From a virus (taxonomy: Duplodnaviria; Caudoviricetes), in the IMG/VR virus record IMGVR_UViG_3300003430_000018, positions 1-46,581 of that record: 46,581 nt of DNA; one strand, 5' to 3'. Shown here piece after piece: positions 27,346 through 37,600 of the stretch (the first letter of the stretch is position 1; each line of letters begins with the position of its first letter). The notes below the pieces were generated by a model, which saw only the letters and a list, made by a program, of their open reading frames with translations, did no database searches and was not told the origin of the DNA. Position numbers and translations under genes: made by a program.

Positions 27346-28043
27346 TAAATTATCAAAACATAGACACAAAAAAGTTAAATGAAAAATTTGTAAACACAAA
27401 TAGTGCAGTAATCACTGACTTTTTAGTTCAACCTTTTGCGGAAAAATTATATTCACACTATAGACATGATATGACTGAAAGTGAATGGGTTGCTTCTTCA
27501 TATCCATCCTTAGTTAATGGAGAGAAACATGAATTTGTGCCTGTTACAGAGGAAAATAGATACACAATACAAATTCATAAATCATTTTCAAATAAATGTC
27601 TAAATGATAATCAGTATGCATATTTTTTCTACAGAACACTTGATTCTCATAAGTTACACTGTTTGTGTCCTCATTGTACAATACTTAAATTAATTACAAG
27701 TACTGGATTTATAAACACTTTAAATGATATAACCCAATTAAATTTAACAAAACCTACTACAATTTTTGCAAATAAGTATACAGAAAAATGTTTTTTGGCA
27801 ACACATACAGATGATGGAAATGGAAGGTTGGCATTTGTTTTACACTTGACCAAAAATTGGAATCCATGTTGGGGAGGATTATATATGGACCAGTCTGACA
27901 TGCAAAATATTAAAACAATTATACCAAGTTTTAATAAATTTGTAATGTTTAGAGTTGGTAATAATCAGACCCCACATAGTGTTAGTAGCATTACTGAAAA
28001 TATAACCCACCAAAGAATCTCAGTTACCGGATGGTTTGATTAA
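27342..28043 (+). CDS. 2OG-Fe(II) dioxygenase, prolyl-hydroxylase-like (SM-20 / OGFOD1 type)
   Basis: H-T-D...H facial triad (HTDD, PHSV), W.P.WGGL, P.FN...F, R-x-S (RISVTGW). Start moved to ATG 27342 (ATGA overlap). Confidence 0.88.
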   Translation: MINYQNIDTKKLNEKFVNTNSAVITDFLVQPFAEKLYSHYRHDMTESEWVASSYPSLVNGEKHEFVPVTEENRYTIQIHKSFSNKCLNDNQYAYFFYRTLDSHKLHCLCPHCTILKLITSTGFINTLNDITQLNLTKPTTIFANKYTEKCFLATHTDDGNGRLAFVLHLTKNWNPCWGGLYMDQSDMQNIKTIIPSFNKFVMFRVGNNQTPHSVSSITENITHQRISVTGWFD

Positions 28044-28046
28044 TTT

Positions 28047-29102
28047 ATGAAAAAATTCTGCATATTAACATTAACACATGAATCAAATAATAGGCCAATG
28101 TATCTTCTAGATACAGTTGAGTCTCTTTTAAACAACACTGAATATGATGAAATAATTGACTGGTTTATATACATCAATAAAACAAATCAAGAATTTATAT
28201 CAATATGCAATCATTTGATTGAAAAATATAAAGAAAGAGTTAATTTTAAAATTATACACTCTAATGTAAACAATGGTGTTGGATATGGAATTAATAGATT
28301 AAATGATCTGTCAATTGACTATGAATATAGTCTTTTTCTTGAAGGTGATTGGAAGTGTATGTCTTCAGAAATAAGCGGTCAACCAAAAACTTGGTTGAAA
28401 ACTAGCATTAAACTATTAGATGAAAATCAAGATGTTAATGCTGTCTTCTTAAGAAGATATATTAATGATTATGAAAGTAGATCTACTGGAATTTTTGCAA
28501 ATTATTCAGTAAAAAACTGTAAGATTGAATCAAGAAATGAATTGAAATACTTTATTACTATAGCAAATGTATATACAAATAATCCATTAGTTAGAAGAAA
28601 CAAATATTTTTATGATAACAAGACGTTTCCATTACAAGAATTTTTTGATTCAAATGGAAATCCAACTGAATTAAAAATAGATGATGTTATATATGTTGAT
28701 TGGGGACAAGCAGAAATAAAAGCACAAGCAGTAAATAAACAAATTAAGTATATAATGTTAGTGTGGGGCAATTTCTGTCATATAGATCATCTGGGAGATT
28801 TTGATAAAAATACACAAAAATTTATAGAAAATGAGTCAACTGTTGGATGTAAAAAATATAATTATGGACAATCTAAATGTAAATTTGGATATTACACTAT
28901 ATCTCCTCATTTTTGTACACTGTGCAGCACAACAATTTCAGATTTGGAATTAGAAAAGATGTTTGCTAAAGAATCTTATTTATTGGATACATTGGAAATC
29001 AATAAAAATGAATGGACAAAAGAACAAAAAATACAATTTGTAAAAGATCAAAATTTGACACCAGAAACAAACCTTGAACAATTTACAAAATATTTTATAT
29101 GA
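28047..29102 (+). CDS. GT-A fold (GT2-like) glycosyltransferase with Cys-containing C-terminal extension
   Basis: ILTLT...R..YL..T..SL, N.GV..GIN, LFLEGDW, NNP..RR, F.HI. Confidence 0.65.
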   Translation: MKKFCILTLTHESNNRPMYLLDTVESLLNNTEYDEIIDWFIYINKTNQEFISICNHLIEKYKERVNFKIIHSNVNNGVGYGINRLNDLSIDYEYSLFLEGDWKCMSSEISGQPKTWLKTSIKLLDENQDVNAVFLRRYINDYESRSTGIFANYSVKNCKIESRNELKYFITIANVYTNNPLVRRNKYFYDNKTFPLQEFFDSNGNPTELKIDDVIYVDWGQAEIKAQAVNKQIKYIMLVWGNFCHIDHLGDFDKNTQKFIENESTVGCKKYNYGQSKCKFGYYTISPHFCTLCSTTISDLELEKMFAKESYLLDTLEINKNEWTKEQKIQFVKDQNLTPETNLEQFTKYFI

Positions 29103-29770
29103 TCAGCTTTATAATACCAACTATATGGAAAGCAGAAGAAATATATAAATCTATTGAACAGTTTAAAAGATTACAAATTAAAAATGTAGAATTAATTATA
29201 GTAGATAATACACATTCAGATTTTTATGATGATGATCCACGAATCATAATTGTTAAATGCAGCAACAATATATTTGTAAATCCAGCATGGAATTTAGGTG
29301 TAAAACTAGCAAAAAATAAATACATTTGTCTGTTAAATGATGACATTTATTTCAATTACGTAACCGTATTAAACAATTTTCAAAAATTTATAGACCAAAA
29401 TCCAAAACTTGGATTGATTGGTTTTAATGAAAATTCAAGAATAAAAAATAATACTGATCCATTAAATAATGATAATGATGAATTATTACTGATAGATACC
29501 ACAGGTATAGTTCCATTTGGATATGGTTGTTGTATATTTCTAAAAAAAGAAGACTATTTTGACATATATGAAGACTGTAAAATATTTTATGGTGATACAA
29601 TATTAATTGTATCAATTATTGACATGAGAAGAAAACTCATGTATTATATAGATAATTTAATAAGTTGTGGTAGAATCGGTGTGTCAAGTGATGAATATCC
29701 GCAGAGTATGAATACGGATCAAATTGTGTTTAACAAACAATATAGAAATTTAATAAAAGGACATGCATAA
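29099..29770 (+). CDS. GT2-family glycosyltransferase
   Basis: ISFIIPT, ELIIVDN, N..VNPAWNLG, LLNDDI, GD. Confidence 0.85.
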   Translation: MISFIIPTIWKAEEIYKSIEQFKRLQIKNVELIIVDNTHSDFYDDDPRIIIVKCSNNIFVNPAWNLGVKLAKNKYICLLNDDIYFNYVTVLNNFQKFIDQNPKLGLIGFNENSRIKNNTDPLNNDNDELLLIDTTGIVPFGYGCCIFLKKEDYFDIYEDCKIFYGDTILIVSIIDMRRKLMYYIDNLISCGRIGVSSDEYPQSMNTDQIVFNKQYRNLIKGHA

Positions 29771-31004
29771 TAATGTTATAAAAAATAGTAAAATTACTGT
29801 TTGTATATTTGGTAGACAAATAGATGTTTTATATTCAGACAAAAATGCGCCTGAATATGAGGAAAATTCATTTAATATTTTGAATTATGAAAATGATCAT
29901 GAGTTAAATGATATCATAAAACAATATGACCCTCACGTTTTTATAACTTTTGGTGATTGGAATAAATATAAAAAATTATCAAGTTCACCATTTAGTATAA
30001 GATCAAAATGGTTGAGTTATCCATCTCCACCTTCACTTGATGAATTAGGAAAAAACATAATGCGTTGTTATCTTCAGACTACATTAAATTATGATGATAC
30101 AACGTCAAATGATCCATTAGTATCTGTATTTACTCCCACCCACAAAACAGGATCAAAAATATTTAGACCACTACAATCATTATTAAATCAAACACATCAA
30201 AATTGGGAATGGATCATAATTGATGATTCTGATGACAATAATCAAACATTTAATTTGTTAAAAGAAATAAGTGAAATTGATCATAGAATAAAAATATTCA
30301 AAAATCCAAGAAAATCAGGAAGTATTGGTGAACTCAAAAGATGGGCAGCTGGATTATGTTACGGTGAATATTTGTGTGAGTTGGATCATGATGATGAACT
30401 CACAGATAAATGTTTGGATTATGTAGTAAAAACTTTTCAAAAATACAAAGATGTAGGATTTGTATACACTGATTCTACTGAAGTATATGAAGAAGACGGT
30501 ACATGCGTCAAATATCCGGAAGGATTCTCTTACGGTTATGGTTCATATAGAAAAGAATTTTACAAAGGAAAAATGTATGATGTGGTAAATGGACCAAAAA
30601 TAAATCCAAAAACAATTAGACATATTGTAGGCGTTCCTAACCATATTAGATCATGGAAAAAAGATATTTACTTTAAAATAAAAGGTCACAATCCAAATTT
30701 ACATGTCTGTGATGATTATGAACTAATAATTAAAACATTTTTGACCACAAAAATTGCATATATCCCAAAACTAGGATATATACAATATAGAAATAAAGAC
30801 GGTAATACTACATCAGAAAGAAACAAAGAAATACAAAGATTAACTAGAATAATAAAAAATTCATATGACCCATTAATACATGATAGATTTTTAAAATTAG
30901 GTATTGATGACTTTTTATATAATGAAAAAACTCAAACGTCAAATTTAGATACTCCAAATCCAAGCACTGAACAACACGTTTGTATTATTTCTGATGTAAA
31001 TTAA
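29763..31004 (+). CDS. GT2-family glycosyltransferase with N-terminal extra domain
   Basis: PLVSVFTPT, SL.NQT..NWEWIIIDD, LDHDDEL, DDYEL. Confidence 0.9.
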   Translation: MHNNVIKNSKITVCIFGRQIDVLYSDKNAPEYEENSFNILNYENDHELNDIIKQYDPHVFITFGDWNKYKKLSSSPFSIRSKWLSYPSPPSLDELGKNIMRCYLQTTLNYDDTTSNDPLVSVFTPTHKTGSKIFRPLQSLLNQTHQNWEWIIIDDSDDNNQTFNLLKEISEIDHRIKIFKNPRKSGSIGELKRWAAGLCYGEYLCELDHDDELTDKCLDYVVKTFQKYKDVGFVYTDSTEVYEEDGTCVKYPEGFSYGYGSYRKEFYKGKMYDVVNGPKINPKTIRHIVGVPNHIRSWKKDIYFKIKGHNPNLHVCDDYELIIKTFLTTKIAYIPKLGYIQYRNKDGNTTSERNKEIQRLTRIIKNSYDPLIHDRFLKLGIDDFLYNEKTQTSNLDTPNPSTEQHVCIISDVN

Positions 31005-31680
31005 TTTGTTTATAACATTGTTTAAAATTATTAGAGTAATCTAAGAATTTACCTTCAATATCAGAAAATCCAGATATCTGAGAACTTAACAATTCATCTG
31101 ATGCAAAACAATTATTTTCATATTGAAATTCTCTGACTAAATACCAAGCAATTGATTCATATTCCTCAGAATAATTTAAAATATCTAATTCTGAGTTTAG
31201 TTTTAAACTTTTTAATATTTTATCCATTCCTCTAGAAGAATATGACAGTGAATGCGTACAAAACCCAGTGTTTACTTTTATCAAGTTATCAGAATATCTT
31301 TCCGTTGGTTCATAATCATATCCTTTTACAAAATAAGAACCAAGATAAAAAAGATCCCAATCTAAAGGAAGTTCATTTAAACTTTTTTTCAATTTTATAT
31401 TCAATTCATCCGGTTCTTTAAGAAACAAAAAATCATCTTCTAAAACCAAAATATTAGAATAATTTTTCAGTTTAGCTTCTTTTATTATATTGTAATGTGA
31501 AAGAACACACCCAATATGCGCATTAGCTTTTGTTGAAAGTTTTGGGTGATTATACTTTATAGCCTCAAATCTTTGCACATTAGATACGTCAAATTTAGAA
31601 AATTGATTAAGACAGTTATTCCATCTATCAACACGACTGCTTAAATTAATACAATAAACTTTTTCAAAAAATGAAAACAT
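30985..31680 (-). CDS. GT25-family glycosyltransferase
   Basis: YCINL..R.DRW, RF.A, IGC..SH, LVLEDD, WDL.YLG, TH...Y, Q..G.SDI. Confidence 0.88.
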   Translation of the reverse strand: MFSFFEKVYCINLSSRVDRWNNCLNQFSKFDVSNVQRFEAIKYNHPKLSTKANAHIGCVLSHYNIIKEAKLKNYSNILVLEDDFLFLKEPDELNIKLKKSLNELPLDWDLFYLGSYFVKGYDYEPTERYSDNLIKVNTGFCTHSLSYSSRGMDKILKSLKLNSELDILNYSEEYESIAWYLVREFQYENNCFASDELLSSQISGFSDIEGKFLDYSNNFKQCYKQINLHQK

Positions 31681-31691
31681 ATTGTATATTA

Positions 31692-34600
31692 TTATTTATT
31701 TTCTAAAATTGTCAATCTATTTTTCAAATCTTGAATTTGATATTGTTGTTCTTTAATTGCTTCAGTTAATACTGCAACCATTCTTGAATAGTCTACTGCT
31801 CTAGCATCCTTAACTTCATCATTTAATTCCCACTCACATACCAATTCAGGAAATACTTCTTGTAAATCTTGAGCTACGAATCCAATAACTGGAATATTTA
31901 ATGCATAACCATCTCTAACGCTATTTATAAATTCATTCCATTCATATTTTACACCTTTTAATTTCATTACCTTATCCAATGCATTTTCAATTGGAACGAT
32001 CTTTTTCTTGAATCTTCTATCTGAAGAAGTTGGAAAACATGTAGCGTGAACGCTTCCGTTGAAGTCTCCTTTGTAGGAGGATGGAGTAACACCTACGCCC
32101 AAATTTCCGCTTGAATTAAATTGGCCTACTAAAGTTGTTCCGTTATAAAAAGCGTGTATACCACCAGTGTAAGCCATTATGTTAAGCTGGCCTGCGGTTA
32201 CTCCTAAACCATAAGCACTAGTACCATCGTGATAAAATTTAAGTTGCAATTTGGCAGAAGAAACTGTATCTGCATAAGAAGTGCCAAAACTTATATTCGA
32301 AGGTGAAGCAGAATTCGTAGTAGTAAATAAAGTTAATGTTCCTGTAGCAGTAGTTGTTCCAATACAAAAATTACCACCACTATCAAAAAAGTTAGAATTA
32401 CCTAAAGTAGTAGCTGCTGTAAATTTAGCAACATAATTTGTTGTACCACTTGCATTTGCTGAACCAGCAGGTCCGGCAGGTCCAGCAGCACCACTGGTAC
32501 CACTTGATCCGCTTGAACCAGCAGGTCCGGCAGGTCCAGCAGCACCACTGGTACCACTTGATCCGCTTGAACCATTGTTACCGTTGTTACCGTTGTTACC
32601 TGCCAAACCTTGACGACCTTGTGGTCCTTGTGGGCCTGTACCACCAGGAGCACCAGCAGCACCACTGGTACCACTTGATCCGCTTGAACCAGCAGGTCCG
32701 GCAGGTCCGGCAGGTCCAGCAGCACCACTGGTACCACTTGATCCGCTTGAACCATTGTTGCCGTTGTTGCCTGCTAAACCTTGACGACCTTGTGGTCCTT
32801 GTGGACCAGAACCACCAGGAGCACCAGCAGCACCACTGGTACCACTTGATCCGCTTGAACCACTAGTTCCGCTTGATCCACTTGATCCACTTGATCCTGA
32901 ACTACCAGATTCACCCATTGGTCCAAATACACAGTTTGTTATACCAATTGTAGATGATACGGTATAAAAACTTGAATCTAGATACAATGCACTACCAATT
33001 GCTCTTGTTACTGTTCTTTGTACAACACCATCTTTCCAATATCTAATGTTTGTACCATCATATGTAATTACTAATTGTGTAGTTGATGTATAAGTACCAA
33101 AAGCACCTATGTCAGTTCCTGATTCATAAATTCTTAATCCGCCACCTGCTTGAGTGTACCAAGCATAATCAATGCTAGCATAACTTGCATCTGTAGTAGG
33201 ATCTGTATTTAAACCAGTCATTGTATATGCACCAGTACCAGTTGCTTGGAATGCTACATAACATCCTCTGGCATAACCTTCAGTAGAATATACTTGACCA
33301 TCCCATACACCACCATTTCCTGTTGCTTTAACAAACGTATTTGAATTTGATCCATATGTTACGCCGCCACTAAAATTTGGAGTCCAGTTGCCTACACCTC
33401 TGGTGCCACTTGTTCCACTTGATCCAGATGTACCACTAGAACCGCTAGAACCACTAGTACCACTAGATCCACTGTTACCACTTGATCCGGATGATCCGCT
33501 TGATCCATTGTTACCATTATTACCTGCTAAACCTTGACGACCTTGTGGTCCTTGTGGCCCAGTAACACCACTAGTACCACTAGAACCGCTAGAACCACTA
33601 GTACCACTAGAACCGCTAGAACCACTAGTACCACTAGAACCGCTTGAACCACTAGTACCACTAGAACCGCTTGATCCATTGTTACCATTGTTGCCGTTGT
33701 TGCCTGCTAAACCTTGACGACCTTGTGGTCCTTGTGGACCAGTAACACCACTGGTTCCGCTTGATCCTGATGTACCTGAACTACCAGATGTACCTGATGA
33801 ACCGCTAGTACCACTAGATCCACTGTTACCACTAGTTCCGCTTGATCCACTTGATCCGTTGTTACCATTGTTGCCTGCTAAACCTTGACGACCTTGCGGT
33901 CCTTGCGGTCCAGTAACACCACTGGTTCCGCTTGAACCACTTGAACCGCTTGTTCCACTTGATCCGCTTGAACCGCTTGTTCCGCTTGAACCGCTTGAAC
34001 CGCTTGTTCCGCTTGAACCGCTTGAACCGCTTGTTCCACTAGATCCATTTGCGCCACTTGTTCTATAATGTACTATTCCACTTGCGTCAATAGTTAAGAA
34101 ATTAGTATCTGATGCTAAAGTTAGACCATCAATTTCTAGTGGATCAGATACACCTGATATATGCAATCTTCTAGTTGGTGAGGATGTACCAATACCAACA
34201 CAACTGCCTGTGATGACAAATGCATTTGAATTGAATGTTCCACCAACTACTTTATTGTCACTAAACACTTCAAGAATTGGCAGACCTGATATATCATTTA
34301 CACTGAATAGTGAACCGCTTAAACTATCATCTACAGCAAATAATGAACCACTAGTACCTTCTACTCTGAATACAATTGATCCAGCAGCAAGTGAACCACT
34401 ACTATTTACATTCAATTTGGCATTTGGAGTAAGTGTACCTATTCCTATATTACCGCTACTCGCAACAACCATTCTTGTAACTGATCCGTTATTTTGGAAG
34501 AATATTGTTCCAGCACCACCATTATTAAAATAGAAGTCATTTCCTGTTTTTTGTAAATAAGAATTTGCTGTAGCATTTCTCAAAGCTAATATACCATCAG

Positions 34601-37600
34601 TTGATCCATATACTTCTAATAATCCACGATTAGCTGCACCATAAACAAATGATGTTGTACCTATACCTACATAACCATCACTACTAATGCGCATTCTTTC
34701 AGTGGTATTAGTATGGAATTTTATATTACCTGTAGTAGAACCCAAATAAAGTGTTAAATCTGGTCTTGTAGTTCCACTGGTTCTGTTTATATATTCAATT
34801 AATCCGCCGTTGTAAGTTGCACTACCAGGAGAAAATTCAACATTTTCACCAGAACCATTTGATACAACAAATTTTGCAAATAATGTAGATGTACCTATAC
34901 CAACATTGCCGCTTGTATCAATACGAACTCTGTCAGTGTCATTTGTTCTCAGTGAGAATCCGTGATTCGTGATTGAGCCAGCATATATAAGTGAAGTACC
35001 AGTGTTCGCAATCATACCACCTTGCACGGTATTTGTTCCTGCTGACACACGAATACGTGCATCAGCACCAGCGGTATCAACGTGCAACAATGTGGCTGGA
35101 CTAGTCGTACCAATACCAACATTACCACCTCTTAAAATAGTCAATCTTTGTTGTAAACCACCACCATCACTTGGTCGTGTAAAAAATCCTAGAGCGTATC
35201 CATTGTCTCCAATATCTTCATTATATGCAGTTATTTGAGCGTTATCTCGTAATAAATTTCCCGCAGTTCTTCCTCTAAATACTATAGATCCGCCAAAACC
35301 AGTACCAGAAGCACTTGCAAAATCAGTATTGATTATAAGCATCTGCCTCAAAGTTGTTGAACTAGCAGGTACAGAATATAATTCTAATGAAGTGCCTGGA
35401 GTTGTAGTGCCTATACCAACATTACCATTATCAAGGTTGACTATTGAACCAGTAGTTATTGTTGTTGTACTATTGTATTTAGCAACATAATTTGTCAAAC
35501 CTGACACAGTGACTGAAGTACCACTTGTACCACTTGTACCACTTGATCCGCTTGTACCACTTGATCCACTAGTACCGCTTGATCCGCTTGTACCACTTGA
35601 TCCACTAGTACCGCTTGATCCGCTTGTACCACTTGAACCACTGTTACCATTGTTACCTGCTAAACCTTGACGGCCTTGTGGCCCTTGTGGCCCAGTAACA
35701 CCACTTGTACCACTTGATCCACTAGTACCACTTGAACCACTAGTTCCGCTTGAACCGCTTGAACCGCTAGTACCGCTTGATCCACTAGTTCCAGAACTGC
35801 CACTTGATCCGCTTGTACCACTTGAACCACTGTTACCATTGTTACCTGCTAAACCTTGACGGCCTTGTGGCCCTTGTGGTCCAGTAACACCACTTGTACC
35901 ACTTGATCCGCTTGTTCCGCTTGAACCACTAGTTCCGCTTGAACCACTAGTTCCGCTTGAACCACTAGTTCCGCTTGAACCACTAGTTCCAGAACTGCCA
36001 CTTGAACCACTTGTACCGCTTGATCCACTGTTACCATTATTACCTGCTAAACCTTGACGGCCTTGTGGCCCTTGTGGTCCAGTAACACCACTGGTTCCGC
36101 TTGATCCGCTTGTTCCAGAACTTCCGCTTGTACCAGAACTGCCTGATGTACCATTTGATCCACTTGTGCCTGATGAACCACTTGAACCGCTTGTACCAGA
36201 ACTGCCTGCTGCGGTTGCAGTTGATTTATAAACAATACCTGTATTATTGTCTATAGTTAAAAAGAATCCGGTTGCATTTGTAGTTAGACCATCAATTTCT
36301 AATGGATTGGATGATGATGATATGTGTAATCTGGTTGCTGGTCTTGATGTACCAATACCAACACTGCTGCCTGTTAATACCAATACATTTGATCCATATG
36401 TACCGGCAACTATAGTATTATCACTAAATACTTCCAAAACAGGTATACCAGAAATTGTATTTACACTGAACAATGAACCGCTTAAATTATCAGTTACTTC
36501 AAATAATGTACCACTAGAACCATCTGTTTTAAATACACTTAAATTGCTTCCACTACCATATACATTCAATTTACTAGTTGGTGTTATAGTACCTATACCA
36601 ACATTGTTGGATGAATCTATTGTGATTGATGGAGCCGCAGATCCATAACCCAAATGAATTTTACCTGTAGAATTTTGTTTAATTACTGCATCACCAGCAA
36701 CGGTGCCGGTAAAAAATTGATTTGCACCACCTACAACTCCAAATTCAAGTTCACTTGCAGTTCTACCAAGATATTGATATGCATAATGTCCGCTATTATT
36801 ACTTAATGTTGATAATCCAGGACTATTACCAGAAATAATTTGTAATTTTGAAGTTGGTGCTGTTGTACCAATACCAACATTTGCACCTGAAAATACAAAA
36901 TAACCACCAGAACCACCTAGTTGATTGGCTCTGAAAGCCATGCTGTTATAAGAATTTAAATAAGCAGTACTGTTATTATCATATAAAGTAAATATTTGAT
37001 TAGTAGCCGTACCATAAAAATTCAAGAAATATCTATCAGTACCAGTAGTTACATTTGATATAAAAGCACCGTCAGTTGCAGTAATTGAACCTGATACATA
37101 TAATTTGGTAGTACCACTTGTTGTGCCTATACCTAAATTACCATTACCATCAATACGCATTCTTTCACTCAATGAAGCTAAACTTCCAACAGCAACAGTT
37201 TGTGTTGGACCAGTATACCAACGATGAGTGCCTCCATCTTGGATATAAGCAGATCTTACAATACTTATTCCTGTTGAACTAAAAAATGCAGCAGCTGATG
37301 CAGTTGAAGGTGACACGCCATAACCTAAAAATGGACCACCGCTACTTTGTTCAGATCCAAATACAGTCAAACTTCCGTTATTATAATATCCTTGAATTAT
37401 TGTGTTTCCGCTTGTTGATGTAGTTGCACCAGCAGTAATTGAACCCAATACATGTAATTTATCAATTGGAACTGCTGTACCTATACCTAAATTACCACCA
37501 TCTAATAGAACCATTTTATTTAATCTACCACCACCACCAACTGATGTAACAGTACCAAAGTATAAATTTTGACCACTAGCCCAATCAAAGTAATTTATAC

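Noticed and set aside
20577-31004. Both convergent gene pairs overlap by exactly 20 nt (20577-20596 and 30985-31004)
   Set aside because: The two overlaps share no sequence and overlap lengths are constrained by frame. With two cases this is likely coincidence.
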